Origin: Trichosphaerium sp. ATCC 40318
Lineage: Eukaryota; Protista; Tubulinea
Reading direction: 5' to 3'
DNA length: 64,000 nt
Assembly (NCBI GenBank): GCA_038496445.1
Contig: JALMLS010000216.1
Location: 1-64,000 of the forward strand
In this document: positions 38,597 through 53,146 of the stretch, piece after piece
How positions within the stretch are numbered: position 1 is the stretch's first letter
How the letters are laid out: each line of letters begins with the position of its first letter
Notes under the pieces: generated by a model
Databases searched by the model: none
Told to the model about the DNA's origin: nothing
The model's input: the letters and a program-made list of their open reading frames with translations, nothing else
Translations under genes and position numbers: made by a program

Positions 38597-38831
38597 TTAT
38601 AAGTACAAAAAGGGATGAAGTCTCTTAGAGGATTTGGTTTTTTTTGTTGGATTCTCGCTTAGCTTTACTTAACGATCAAATTAACCTATGTGGCGGATTG
38701 TTCTACGATAAACGTAACCTACACGTGACACTCAGTCAATTGAATTTTTATCGTAGAAAAATTTGTTTTAGCACGTGGTAAACTAACTAGTCAAAGCGTT
38801 TATTGTATTAGTTTGATTTGGAGCAAGAGAA

Positions 38832-40329
38832 ATGTTTACATACATTCTAATAGTAGCGGTGGCTGGAATAATAGCTGTATCTAATGGTATGTATTCTTCA
38901 ACGCTTATTGTGTTACATTTTCGCTGTAACCGATACAGCATGTGGAAAACGATGCTGTGGTTTTTGTTTTGAAGTGTCATTACCCATATCATTTTATTAG
39001 GTGCTACTTTCTATACAGGAGCTGATATGTCGGCTCTACCAACGTATGACTGTTACGGCACTTGTTCACCATACAAGTCTAATAAAACGGCTGCTTCTGA
39101 AGACGCGTTGAGTATATTAGCTAAGGCGGGCATCAACGCGATACGTTTGAGGATTTGGAATGATCCTGATAAGTCTGGAGAGTACTGTAACCTGGATGGC
39201 GTGTTGAAGATGGCCAAACGCGTACACGAGAATGGGTAGGATAACATGTTGTAATAGTCTTAGCTTTTGGTAGGTTAAAGCTTCACTTGGATTTTCACTA
39301 CAGTGACACTTGGGCTGATCCACGTGCGGCTAAACAAAAATATTTTCGGAACACTAAACATCTTGCTAGACCATCAAATTAAACCACAGGCCTGGGCTAA
39401 TCTTACAATTTCTCAATTGAAAGACGCAGTATACAAATACACCACAACCGTAATGCACCAGCTTTACATTCAGAATACGCCACCCAGTTATGCAACTTTA
39501 ATATATCACGTGGTTTACAAGTACAACAGCTAGCGTTCAGATTGGTAATGAAATAGACCACGGCATGTTGTGGCCTGAGAAAGGACAAGCTTGCGAGGAT
39601 TCAGGCTCGCTAAGCTGCCCTAACAATTGGAAAAACTTGGCAAGCTTGCTTTCGGCTGGTACGAGTATGTGTCGCACTAGGTTTCTCACCAAGAGATATA
39701 GGACTCAAAGGTGTGGCTGATGTTGCTCATAGTTTCGGGGCAGAAATTCCTTTGAGGATGATTCACGTGGCAAAAATGAACGGTAATGAGGCACTCTTTT
39801 TTTTTCAAGTGTTGCAATGGTTAACAACAAAATAGGCGGAACAGTAAACGATGTAGAGGATTGGTTTAGGAATTACGAAAATAACGGAGGTGCTTCCTTT
39901 GAGATAATTGGATTATTATTTTATGGTGCTTGGGGTGCCAAACTAGAAAGCATACGCACGTGACAATTATAACTTTCAGAAAAAACTGCTGACACTGCTG
40001 ATTATTTTAGCATCTTTAAAGAAGTTATCACAAACATTTCCTGGAAAGCAATGGATACTAGTAGAAACAAGTCATCCGTATTATAATGTTACCGGGTGGA
40101 ATAGTCCTTATCCATTTACCCCGCAAGGACAAGTACAATTTGCATCAGCGATAACAGAAGCTGTCAAACAGAATGGCAAGTTTCAGTGTTATAAAAACTC
40201 ATCCTGACTCTGTTAGGAGGACTGGGCGTGTATTGGTGGGGTACGGAGTACTACAATAAGCACCCCAGTCAATGGTCCTCACTATGGGACTCAACAGCAG
40301 TAGCCTTACCAGCAATGCAAGCATTTTAA
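38832..40329 (+). CDS. Secreted GH53 endo-beta-1,4-galactanase
   Basis: Signal peptide; GADMS, GINAIRLRIW, LDFHYSDTWADP, VQIGNE, LVETSHPY, GLGVYWW. Confidence 0.9.
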
Positions 40330-40639
40330 TAATGAATCTGTTTTAGCAAGAGGTATAGGTTGTTATCCTACTACAAAACAAAACAATAGTGAACACCTGA
40401 AATATGAGTTGGTGCTGTTCATTTTTACTTAAATATAGTCTTGAATGCCATGTTAAGAGGTAAAATTACTTGTTGTTCAGGTGACTAAATTTATGTTCTC
40501 GCAAGTTATTACATGTTAAGTTGCTATGTTTACTATTTACAATGTTTGTACGCACGTGTAACCTTGCTATAGCATGTAGGCCATTCGAATTTATTTATCA
40601 CTAGCAAAGTAGGTCCGAACCAAGACATGTTTTTTTTGA

Positions 40640-41706
40640 GGTTGCAACCAGGCTACGCTCGCACAAACTGCAGAACAAAACTTATGCAAAACACTATCAC
40701 AGTCTTTGTCAAACAGGTTGAACGCCTATCTGAACTCTGTAAATCTTGTGGGTAAGGTAATTCCTATGTTTGTGATAAATGGCTTGCAATCCCTACAATC
40801 AAGTTAACACGTGGACGAATTATTTTCTAGATGGTACCTTCACAATAGTGTGAAAGTTCAAGTAAAGCTACATCTGACTCAATAGTCGCATTATAAGTGA
40901 TAGAATTTGTTATCAAAGGTTTCCATGGTTCATAAACATGAGAATCACTGCGCCATACATTAGGTAAACGAGAAGGGAATGATCTGGATCCATCTTGGTG
41001 AAGTACAACTTCTACAAATTTTTCAATATCCCACGTGCTTTAATCAGTGTTTAGGTACCTGGTTGAAGTTTTACAATCAAGTCGTTGTTTCCGCTTAATA
41101 CTGTGGAATATTTACCACGTATACTCGTAGTTCTCATATTACGTAAACCTTCAGGACCATCTCTTTCGATATATGCAATTAAACATAGCTCGTACTGGTT
41201 TTCTACAGTTTTGAGAACTTACTTTTTTTTACACATAATTGTGAAGTTGGTATGTACTTTTTTTGAGTCTTAGTGATGTACTAAATCTACCTTCACTACC
41301 ATTATATCCTCCAACAAGCTTCTACATTATCAAGTATTAGCAAGGGTGTCTTTGAACCAAAAGAGGTTTTTCCTATTTGAAAATTTGTTTGTGTCATTAA
41401 AACAACCTTTGTAAGCTCACTCTTCTCTCGCATCAGTCTTACAGCATATTGACGTGGTGTCCTATATTATTGTAAACTGTTAGAACAACCAAATTGTTCC
41501 GTACTCTTCATCTGGGTCTGGGAAACGTATTTGTACATTTGGTTTGTGTTGGTAACCCAAAGCTGTACGTACAATTGTAATCCAAAAGCTTTTTTGATCC
41601 ACTACCGATGATAACCTCACGCTACAACAAGATAGAGCTAAAACCGTTTCGGTATCAGAATATGATACTATAAGATAAAGCAGCTCGTTTGGAAGCGTAT
41701 ACAGCT
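40640..41706 (-). pseudogene. F-box protein, probably disabled
   Basis: LYTLPNELLYLIVSY...SFWITIV F-box; no clean start found; all three frames closed near 41300-41370. Ends approximate. Confidence 0.5.
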
Positions 41707-43479
41707 AACTATTAGTTAGAAATTAGCCTAAAGAGTGTATCAACCCAACAATGCTTAGTCAATAACCCACCCATTCAATCTGGCTGGTAAGGGTGCCTTC
41801 TAACTTTCAACGGAAGTTGTCAGTTTGAGGTCAAGCCATTTTCAAAGAAATGTTAAGTAACCTTGGTCACTTAACTTTTTTTGGTTCCCTTTCCCCCTTT
41901 TTTATTTCAGTCAACCCCCATGCCTGCGTCAACACGTTCAGAGTATTACTCTTCCAGCCTTTTAGGCCTTAAGAATTTGTTTGACGTTAAAAAAATAAAT
42001 AAAAATTTTTTGGTGCTTGCTTAGCTTTGTTTTCCTTATTCCAATCCGTTGGTAGTTAGTCTGTTTCTAATCACGTGCGCAGTGCGGACTGATTTCATTG
42101 TACTTTATCGAGGTTCAAATAAACTCGTCTTACTTATCGGATTTTGTCACTGCATAAAAATAAACGCCATTGTACTGCTATAGACATTGCTAGTAAATTC
42201 TCCGTATTGATACGGTTGAAATTTCGTTCTAGCGCTTTCTTAAATTAAGCCACTTTGGCGCTAGCACCATTTTAACAACATCACAACGGTATCCAAACGA
42301 GAGTCATATGAATTTAGACGTTGTAGGATTATTCTCAAACTGTAAGAGCGCCACAACCTTACATGGGCGTAGTAGCAAGCCAGAAAGAGCACTCGACGAT
42401 GTTATAGTTAAAACCATTAAAGAATCCTTTCCTGCATCTCATGAAGTTATTATCCGATTTTTGAACCAAACCACGTGTGCTCAGAGGATAGCATTTGTAA
42501 AAGATCTGGATAAATTGAGAAAAGCAGATATCCAGTTTTGTTAAAATGGGAAGGAAATGTCAATAAAAAAGTGTAAAATAAAAACTGTCCAGAATTCTTG
42601 TTTAACGTTGTTGGTTTTTAAGTTGTGCAACCTTTGGCAACACTCATCAATAGATACAATCTTGCTTTAACTGAAAAAAACGTAGCAGTAGAGTGTTTGG
42701 TCCTTGTGAGTATCTTTGTTAATAATCATGCTGGTTTAAAGGGAAACAAACTATTTCTGAACAACTCCATTTACACCTCTGTATGTCTGTTATTCAAGCT
42801 TTGTTTATTGAGTATAAATTTTACATGCTCTACACATTTGCAGTCGGCATAGCACTATGATCTGGGAGAACTAAAGAATATGTTACTACAATTGTTGGGA
42901 GACCATCGTTTTAGATGATTTCGGAATATATTTTGGCTTTGTTTACACAGCACGTACTTGCACAAGTGGGGGGTACTTGCGTTTCTTTTATTACGATTAT
43001 GTATTGCAATATATAGACAGGATACTATACTTAAAAAATTGTAGCAGGTATTAGCACCAAAATAAATCAAGTATCACCTAAAAAAACCTTTTGGGTAAGT
43101 ACAAGTATGTTGTGGTTCTTCTTTTGTTCCAATTGCCTAAATATCAAATTTGTACCTGTGTGTACAAAATTATTACACGCACAGCTATCGAGAATATTTT
43201 TGCACATGGCTTCAACGCTAAAAGAATAATTAGCCTAAGCTAAACAGAAAAAAAAAAAAAAAGGCAGAACTAGAGTTTCGTCTTGTACGAGCAATAGTGG
43301 CAATTGTTATCATAATTACAGTATACACTAGAACTACGTGATGCTCAAAATGCTAAAAATAACATAATATATAAACGTCTTTAGGATGTATAAATCAACA
43401 AAAAAAAAAGGTTGTGCAGCCGATGAGCCTATCGTTATCTTAGTCTAAACACAAAAAATGAACAAAATACTTTGATCTT

Positions 43480-46400
43480 TTATTTACTTTCTTGTTTTCT
43501 TCGCGGACTCTTTTTCTTTTGTTTTGATCCGAAAATCATTTCTTCTTTTTGTCTTATCCTAACAGCAAGTACAGATGCCAAGTAATGGTAAAACCTTCCA
43601 GCAAGCTCAGGATGCTTAGAGAACAAGATATTAAGCATAGTCCCTTCAATAGCACAAATTTGTGTTCCATCACTATCAGCAATAACAGACGCTGTAGCGC
43701 CTCCACCATGAAAGAAAGAGACCTCTCCAAAAGTCTCTGATTCCAACATTGTTCCGAGATAAACTTTTTTCTTCTTTGATCCAAGTTTTCTCTTCCTAGG
43801 GACCTTCCTACTATATTTTAGTAAACCAAGGATGAATATTCATAGGTGAAAAATATATATAATACTTACCGAATACTTGGACGAGAGTCATCACTACTTT
43901 CAGAACTCTCCAAGTTCCTCTTTGCCTTCCTTTCTTTATCTTTTCTACTAGTACTTCTCTCAACAACATTTGTGTCTCGTTCAATAATACATTTTCCTCT
44001 AAATGAATCATATTTAGTCACATGTTTTCTATGAATATTTCAAACACTTACCGTACTATCTGATAAACAGATTTATGTGTGCGACCTTCCTTAACAATAA
44101 AGTCACCCTTATTGTAAGTTTGAATAGTAGCCACTTGCATTAGAAGAGCCCAGTCGTGAGGTGACATAGTAGGCTCATATCCCTTAAAGTAGGGTTAGTT
44201 GTAAAGTTCTTACACATTCCAACAATTACGTACAAGGAACTTGTATTCCATGTTAGGATCAAATGTTTCTGTTGTATAGCGTTCTTGTGCATGTGCGTCA
44301 TTTGGCGCAATGTATTTAAAGCCAAGGAATCGCTGGCAGGCATCAAGCGGATCTAGGGAGCGAGTAAGTTTTAAAACTGTCGTTTACTGTTAAATGTACC
44401 TAAGCTTGTGAAAAGGTCTTTCTTCTCTCCAGTGTGTTTTTTCATCCACTGAAGCAAGTGTTCGCCTAAAATACAATAAGAAAATTGTTGTATCCAAGAA
44501 TAACAGTTACCTTTAAATACACCCATCTTTGCTATTTGATGAGCTCTTGGGATAGAACTAGAAATAGATCCAGAACCAGTACGAAGGTTTTGAAGAATAC
44601 GTGTTGTTTGTCCAACCTTGGAAGGTAATCCAAGCTTGACACCTAAAATAGTAGATTTAATCAATGTATCCAAAAAAAAGTAAAGTGAGTAGTACCATCA
44701 CGTGGATGCCGCACACGCATGACTAGCTTATCTAAGGAAAGCTCTTCATTGGTGAAAGCGGATTGACAAACTTTAACACAAACACAAGTAGTGTGGTCCA
44801 TTTTTCCTTGAAACTTGGAGTAATCCGAAGGTAATTTGACATCTGACAATTGAGTTAATAAACTATCAAATAGATTCATAAAGTCAATTTACCTGGGTGC
44901 TCTTCCATGAATGTTCTACTTGCTTTAGTAGCAGCGAGACAATGCGCTATAATCTCTTTAACGAGAGTTTGTACATTAAGGGAATTATCTGGGCTAGCAT
45001 CAAGGAGCCTATCCATAATTTTTTTAAGCTGAAACAAACAAGTTAGCATAATAATAAACACAGTGAATGTTTTATTGTTGTTTACCTCAGTAACGCAATA
45101 ATCATGCTTCAGTCGCTCAGCAACTGCTGGATCAATTTCGTTCCAACTACCTTCTACATAATAGTGAGTCTAGTGAGTATTGTACTTGTGGTTACCTCCG
45201 ACTGTAGGATCAAGAGAAGCTGGTGTAATACCGAAATGTTGTGGATCGAAATTATCAAATACTCCATCAGAACAAAGCATAATAATATCACCCTAAAACA
45301 ACAATAAATATACAACAAACGCGTAATATAAGCAAAAATCTTACCTCATCAACATATTCGACATATGCGCCCAAATTACGTAAATCCGGCTTGCTCTCTT
45401 CAATATATGGTCCGAGCCTTCCACCGCAATCTTTAGCGTCAGTGATACTGTCATGTCTGCTTCCTCTGTTGATATCGGAAACAGTTCTATCAAGTTTTAA
45501 GTTAGAACTGTATTTTTTTGCTAAATAATTTACCTTTCTGAAATGCAAAAATGGTATGCTTTGCAGTCACCAACACTGGCGCATACAAATGCCCATTTTT
45601 TAGTCCGATCATAGATTTGAGTCAAAATACCACCAATGAGCGTTGTTGTTCCACATTCCCATGCTTGACCATGCTCCGAATTTGACATTATAGCAAGATG
45701 TGCATGTGCAAAAGCCTAGGTATTTTAAATGATTGTAATTAACATGGTATGATCAGTACCTGCAACAGATTGAACACCACTTGTTGTGTATTTGTGTATG
45801 TTGTGTGACCTCTACGAACAAACTCTACAAAAGTTCTAGCAGCAACTTTTGCAGCTGCAGCGACTTTCTCTCCCCAACTGCATCCATCAGCAACTCCAAT
45901 AATAGTACGATTAGGTAACCTTGATTTTAAGGTTAGAGAACAGATCTGAACCGCATTAAGCAGTACCTTTCTACGCAAAATTGATCACAAATTGGATCGC
46001 CCAAACGTGTCCTTGATTCTCCGTTAATTTGGAATGGATAACCACTAACTGCTTGTCCACAAACATCATTACCAAAGAATACTAATCCTTCATCTTTTTG
46101 TGGTCCTACAAGTCCACGTGAGTATAAAGGAACAGAATATTACTATCATTATATTTACATACCAGATATTCTGACAGCTATATCTCTTGTGATTGGTTTC
46201 AAGTTTATCTTTGGTACTTCTTGAGGTAGCTTTGATTGATGCATTGTCCTTACTACCCAGTTTTCTATTGTTTTAGGTGTTTTTGGAGGGTTGAACTAAA
46301 CCAATGAGTAAGGGCTTACTCAAGCACTTAAACGCATGCGTACATCTTTGCCGCCACCTTCAACTAATTCGCTGATCTGTAACTCAATAGCTTTTGAAGC

Positions 46401-49340
46401 TTCTTCAACTTCTTGTAATTTGCTGAATCCGATTAGCACTTCAATCATTTTACCACTATCTGAGAGTTGAATGCGTGCGCCAGCGTAAGTCGCAGCCTAA
46501 GATCAAAATTAATGCCACTGTTATAACGCTAAAACAACTTGTAGATAAACAAGCAATTGCTTATAAAGTACCTTGCGATCTACACGAAGGACCAAGTCTG
46601 TATTAAGTTGTTCAACACGCTGCAAATGCCTGATAGGTATGACTTCCTTGGTCATAAGACCAAACAATTTATAGTAAAAGCAAACATACTAAATACCACA
46701 ATTAGAAAACGTGCCATAAAGAAAATAAAAAATATCACATACACGTTGACTGATATATAAGTGACCATCATTGGCTTGTGGACTACCCATTCCTGATGTA
46801 AAACTCCAAGAACAGAAGTACTCTAATAGACATTAGTAATGCACTTACAGTCATCACTATTACCCTTAAGTATTGTTTCATCATGGTTAGGTAAGTCAAA
46901 TCGGTTACAGTAATGAATATCAGTTGAGCTCCTAACACCTTATGTGAGACCACGTTCAATTTACTGAAAATGAAAGCATACCGTTTAATTGGTGTATCAA
47001 GGACATCTTTCATATCCATTGGTTCCGGGGTTTCATCGCTGTCCAAGCGAGAAATATCAAAGTAAAGCTCACAACGTCTAAAGTTAATGTTAATTAAAAA
47101 CACACGCTGTATTCTTTCTTTATACCTTATTTTCTCTTCTTGATCAAGTACAGCAAGAACCAAAGCCCGCTCAGCAAATAGTCTTTGTTTTGAGGTTGGA
47201 GTGCCAGGGATTGTAAGTCGTAATTTGGCTCGCAAAGTAAATCCTACACAAGAAATCAACACTACGTTCTAAACCACTTTTCATGAACATGCCACCAGGG
47301 AATCCAAACATCTCAGAAGGTATCCATTTCCAGCTTGGGTAAAGCTGAAATAGCTTTGTATAGTGCGCTTCAAGTGCATCTGTGCCTAAAAAAAAGTTGT
47401 TTGTATAAAAATACTTGTACTGGAAGATAGAAAACTACCTTTGATTCCATGTGGTGCAATTGGATCTCTGTAAATGACACTTTCAGAAAAACATTCAACT
47501 AGTTGCTCTATGGTATCTGAGCTCCATTTATCTAACCAAATTTGGGCCAGAGAGGAAACATTCTCCTTAAAAAAAAACATGTTAAAAACCCCATACATTT
47601 GTTTTCCTTCGAAAAAAATACAATATACAATTTACCCCTTGGATGACAGGGCCTAACGACTTTGGTACCAATAGGCCTGAATACGTTTGTTGATGTTTAG
47701 GGTATGCGCGATCATGTTTGAATTTAGGGTTATCTAGAGCAGAGAGTCTAAAAAACAATAAATAAAAAAATCTACCTTAATTATTATTTGTTTGAGACAA
47801 ACGTACTTTCTGGACAATTGCATAGCTAAATGCGCATAAAACCGCTTAAAAAGACCCGAATGTGCTTTAAAAACATCTTTTACTCTATCTGCCGGAATGA
47901 CATATACTTCAACTAAAAAACAAGTAAATACAGTTTAGGCATACAATGTCATCAAATTAATGATTAAATACCATCAGTGTCTGCTATAACAGCGCCAGAA
48001 AATCGTCGTTTATCAATTGCAGAAAGGTAAGTATGTCAAGGCTAATAAAGGCATTTTTGTTGTAATAAATGTACACAAGTGAAAGTAAAAAGGATATCTC
48101 TCCGAAAACCTCTGTCTGGCGTAGAACATCAAGAACCTTTGGTTTTCCTTTGACGTCAACTTCAACCCTAACTTTGCCAGACTTTATTTGAAACAAATTT
48201 TCATTTGGATCACCATCACGCAAGATGATCTCATCTAGTAATGTCATAAGTGAAGAATTCATATAAAGCCAACAAAAAAAAAAAGATCATGACGCTATAG
48301 AGTATCTAATAACAAATACACGCATACAAACAAGTAGTACAACAAATATGTTTGTTTGGAAAAAGGCAAAAAAAAAAAAAAAAAGAAATTAACAAAAAAT
48401 AAGCACTTACGACTTTCATACGCGCGTAATGTCGCATTGCTATTTAACAAATCCCAATCCTTCTCAGTGAGACACAAATGATCGCTACTTATAAATTCTT
48501 GAACTCCCTTTGCATCCATTGATACTTCAACAACCTCCTTAACGAGTCCATTGGGTAACAAGTGATCCCAACCACCCTACAGATAAAAAATCTCAGCACA
48601 AAGCAAAAGAAAGAAAATTTACGCGAGAGTTTACGCGTAAAACTACCAAAAAACTTGCAAAGCGTTGTTATTACCAACACAAAATCGTACCGCGTATTCT
48701 ACGTCGTTAGACTTCTTAATGGTGCCATAACCTGCTTGCAAACCAGCATCCCATCTGCCAGAAAAAACAATACCGTTTAAATCCGTAAATGCACCTTCTC
48801 CGTGTAGCTAGTGGCGTAAGATGACATTCTTACAATTTTTGCTCAAAAACAGCAAGCCGGAGCAGTGTATTGTGTACGGTACCTTTCCGTTCTTCCACAT
48901 CCCCTGGTAGTGTCCGGACTCGAACCGAAAGTGTCCTTCGCGTATTTCTAAAATTACATGCGTCAGAACAAGTGTTTTGCTTATTTTCACGCACCATCGC
49001 CTTCGTTGTCATTGTTAAACGTATTTCTGATAGCGCGGGTAAGTAAGTTAACCCAATTGTCTTTTTCGTTTGCATCCTTTGCTATGATGATATGTACGCC
49101 GCGGGGGCCTATAATTGCAAATGTGCGGTTGTAGTCCTCGAACTGCTGCCCGATCAGCTCTCCTTGCGGATCAATCCACGTAAGATGCAACGGACTAACT
49201 AAGACATCTGTTTTTTTGTGCTTTCGCTCCAATTCTACTCTGGTGGGATGCAAAGTTATAGTATACTTCCTCAAACCACCTTTTTTGCTTGCCACATGCG
49301 GCAGTAGTACGTGCACTACCCCGGTCTTTGTGCCGCTCAT
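43480..49340 (-). CDS. Large signalling protein: PH - MORN - cNMP-binding - SnoaL-like - PP2C-like - cNMP-binding
   Basis: PH (KDNWVNLL); MORN (YQGMWKNGKLHGEG); cNMP (FGEISFL and FGEVSFF); SnoaL-like (FSESVIYRDP); PP2C-like (VADGCSWG, TTTL, SVGDCK, GGRLGP, KMDHTTCV). Confidence 0.82.
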
Positions 49341-49498
49341 CCTGAATCTTCACAAAAAAAAAGGCAATTTTAAGGGAAGTTTTAACAACGACTTACCAAA
49401 AAGATAAAAAAACTTTAAAACGCTTTATAAACGTATCTTACATACGTCGCATAATTATTGAGGTGTATTTAAAAGAAAACGTGCTTGTAATTTTAGAA

Positions 49499-50961
49499 AT
49501 GGACAGTTACGTGTGTAGCAGGCCTGTATTATCACCAATATCAATGCACACCATCACAAATACACTTGGTACGTATATTACTCTGAATTAACGCCGTTCA
49601 CAAAAAAATCAACAAACCGTTTAGGTAATAAGACAATACTGTACATAGCAACCATCATATCAGCGTAAGAAATGTCGTAGTAAATTTTTTTTGACGCCAA
49701 ACGTACGCATAGTTGTCTTTCGGTATTTGGCTCCAGTATGATTTTATTATCTTGGTTATTTAAGCAAAACAGAACGCCAACACGTCAGGTTAGTTGCTAC
49801 CATTTATTTTTTAGTTCGAATTGTTTTTTTAAAGCTAAATGTAGGCCCTTGTAATGTTGAGGCACGTTCTCATAAACTGTCTTCGTTATTTATAATAACA
49901 CTAAAAAAGCGCTGCTGATTTTGTAGCTGCAATGGCATACCTTTGGCCTGTGGATGTACGCACGTGATACCATAAATCAAAGTATGAGTGTTTTAACTCC
50001 TACTTATGTAGTATGTCAACGGCAGTTGTCAGGCTCAAGGCTTTGTTTCCACAATGGGCACATGCGCATCACTTTTTTTAACACGTGCACAATTTTACCA
50101 TTACAATTTCTCACTGATTTTGTTGTAGTAACAGTTGCAATGCATCTTTATGTGTCGTTTAAATGGAGCTTGTCTAGAGGCCAGTTATTGCTCTATATCA
50201 TGTATTCTTTTTCAATAATTTATCCCATAATAACCCTTGCAATAACAACCGCAAATGGAAAGATTGGCAAGATGGATGACCAAATTCCATGGTTTGTTGT
50301 TGAAGTTTACTGTGATTGTTATAATTTACTAGGTGCTTTGTTCCAATGTGTAACGATACAGAGGTAAACAAGCATTGGAGATTCTATAGAATTCTTACAG
50401 TTTATGGTCCATTATGGTTTTGCTGGGTCTTAACACTTACCTTCTATTTGCTAACGCGGTGTGAAATACACAAAAAATTAAAGAGAGCTGGCACATCTCT
50501 CAAACAAACCCCTAGTACAGTACAACTGAACATACAACGTAAACTTTTCTTTGTACCAGTTGTCTTTATACTAGTAAGATTACCTGGCACTATTCATAGG
50601 GTACGAACTTGTCACTTAAGAAGGCGTTTCGTGTTGAATAAGAATCTAGATTATGGAATTTGCTGATCCTCTTGGTGAAGAACATCATCCCAGTGTTTAT
50701 TTCTACATGACGCTTTTTCAAGTACGCTCGAGTATAGTTTAAGATTCGTTTAACACGTTAAGGCTATTTGTGATCCTTTACAAGGATTTGCAAATGGAAT
50801 ACTATACGTTCTTTTTACTCCATCAATTAGAAACACGTACGAAACAATATCACGCGAGAAGTACTAACTCATGATTAAGTTACTTTGCTTTTTTTGATAA
50901 ATACTTCTTGTGTATACCAGACGACAGAGGTTATGATCAATATTCACATACGTTGGAATAA
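49499..50961 (+). CDS. cAMP-receptor-like (CAR/CRL) seven-TM GPCR
   Basis: CLSVFGSSMILLS, LVMLSAADF, WCFV in ECL2, YGPLW, FVPVVFILVRLPGTIHR, PLQGFANGILY. Confidence 0.82.
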
Positions 50962-51098
50962 TAACATTAGTCTTAGACTCTAGTTCAGATGAACGAACGA
51001 GGTGACAGCAAAAACTACTCAATGTAAAATAGACACTAATTTAATGTTACATTAAGCTTTTGCTGTTTTAGTCTTTAATTTTGAGATCTCGATTCAGG

Positions 51099-51756
51099 TT
51101 ACTTAAATTTTCTATCTTGCTCGTTGATTGGAACATCATTGATGGAAGAAGTTCGTTGTTTCTGAAAAAAAAATAAGAAAATAGTTCCGAAATTGAATGA
51201 CCACGTGCCATAAGGCCATCAGCGTTGAAAGTCCAGTGCTCGAGTCCATAGGCGCGATACCACTAGTAAACGTTAATGAGGGGTTATCAAGGACGTTTGT
51301 ACCTGTCCAAAACCATTATGATACTCATATTCAAACTGTACTGCAATTTTGTCGTCATCAAACGTGAATAGGTTTTTTTCGAGCTTGTAATCCTTCTCTT
51401 TCGCCCATTTTTCATTTAGAAAGCGTTTAATAGCGTCGTGGCCGGAAAAGAACAAATCTCTGTTCCTCCACCTATATTTCCGTTATGACTGTTCAACAGA
51501 GTTTTGCTAGGCGTACACACAGTCGTCTGTATAAGCTAACGCTACCTATGACAGTGGTGTTGGATAAAAATACGAGTATACACCTGACAGTCACCTTTTC
51601 AGCGTCCTTTGTGTTCCATAGAGCCTCAGCAGCTTTTACTTTTTTAAGAGCGGTTTCTTCAGTAAACGGAGGTACTGGCGGTCTTGTTGCATAGGTACGC
51701 TTTAGTGTGTTTCTTGTAGATTGAGCAGCGAGCTTTATTCTTGAAACGCGCAACAT
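51099..51756 (-). CDS. DUF1348 SnoaL/NTF2-like protein with mitochondrial presequence
   Basis: RPPVPPFTEETALKKVKAAEALWNTKD, WRNR, KWAKEKDYKL, IAVQFEYE, WYRAYGLEHW, SINDVPI. Confidence 0.9.
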
Positions 51757-52071
51757 CTTTAAGCTTGGCAGGCCAAAACTTAGCGTTTTCACGTAATTTT
51801 GTTTAAGGATGCTTACTGAATGTCGTACAAATTTACCTAGATGCTTCACAATTTCAGGGCTAGTAATTTGACATTGCAGCTTTCGGAAAATGTTGTTTAG
51901 AATGTAATGAGCCACTTTTTTGTGCAAATAGCGCTTAAAACTGCACTGCTTCAACAAAATACAAGTGAACAATACCATCACGTGGAGTTGTACAAAGAGC
52001 CCAGGCGCTGGTATTTCGTGAGGTGTCATATGGCGAATACAAACTAAGGTTATTTATTTACTAAGTAAAAA

Positions 52072-52962
52072 TTATACTAAAAGATTGTAAATTGTCTTCA
52101 AGTTCGTTCTTGTTTTTCTTTTGCCCATGAAGGTATAGTATACGCTTGATAGAGTTGGTATTATTGCTGGAACTTCGTTTCTATAAGTTTTGTAAGCTTC
52201 ATACATCAATAAGTTTTTCTTGTTTGTGGGAATTGCGAAATAAATAGATACCAATGATACAAATAATAACTTGTCTCCATTCATTACAGGAGACCAAAAT
52301 CCTTGCTACTACGGTAAAGTATAGTGGGTGACGAACTAGTCTATAGTAGCCTAAATAATGTTACAACGGTGCACATTATTGTGTAAGCTTGCGTGTTGTG
52401 AGTTGGGCCAATTGCACGATCAGAACCATCATAATCAAATGCCTTATAAGTAGCACTAAGCTGTGAGACAAACACCTAAATTTCACAACAAGAATTTTAT
52501 GAGAAAGCGTGTTCAGTAGTTTGTGACATACCGTTAAGTCAAATCCGAATAGTAATGGTAAAAATAATAAAATCCAAGTCCAAAGCTACTTAGTCATTTC
52601 TCTACTTCCAAAAAAAAGTCGTACGTCTTTGAATCTTTGCCATCAAGGCTCCAAATATTAATTTCGATTCTTTGCCAAGTACCAACCGAGGACAGCTGAT
52701 CAAAAGCGAATACCAAAAATATCATGCATGTTAATTGTTTGGAAAGTGTCCGAGATAAAGTGTTTGTCAGACCAGAAAAACTGAGAATCCCATGCAAGGT
52801 ACAGTTGTATTGATAGGATTCTTATGTTATTTGTTGTACCTAGATAATTTGTTGATTACTATTGGGATAAAGCTAGGCAGTCATGCCGAGGTAAAACCAT
52901 GCAAAACATAATAAAAGCATTGACGATGACAATACCAAGAGAGGGTATCCTGTAAACTGCCA
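52072..52962 (-). pseudogene. Nurim/MddA-like (ICMT superfamily) membrane methyltransferase, apparently disrupted
   Basis: WQRIEINIW, YRLVRHPLYF, FWSPVMNGDKLL, YKTYRNEVPAIIP; frame break between HPLYF and FWSP; 5' part not reconstructable. Confidence 0.55.
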
Positions 52963-53146
52963 TTATACAGTATTCGCTCTGTTTTTAGGCTCTCTTCCGT
53001 GTTGTTTATGTAGTTGTCTGCACTAAGTTATTATTAAAAACTGGTTGTTAGCCTCCACAAGAGGTTTTTTTGTCGGCTAACAAAAAGGTATTAATGGAAG
53101 TTCTATTGCTCCCACCGTAACACTATTCAGGTTGTGTATCTGTACA

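Noticed and set aside
42308-42852. Possible gene fragments on the + strand
   Set aside because: Interrupted by stops with no family motif; may be a relic but cannot be supported.
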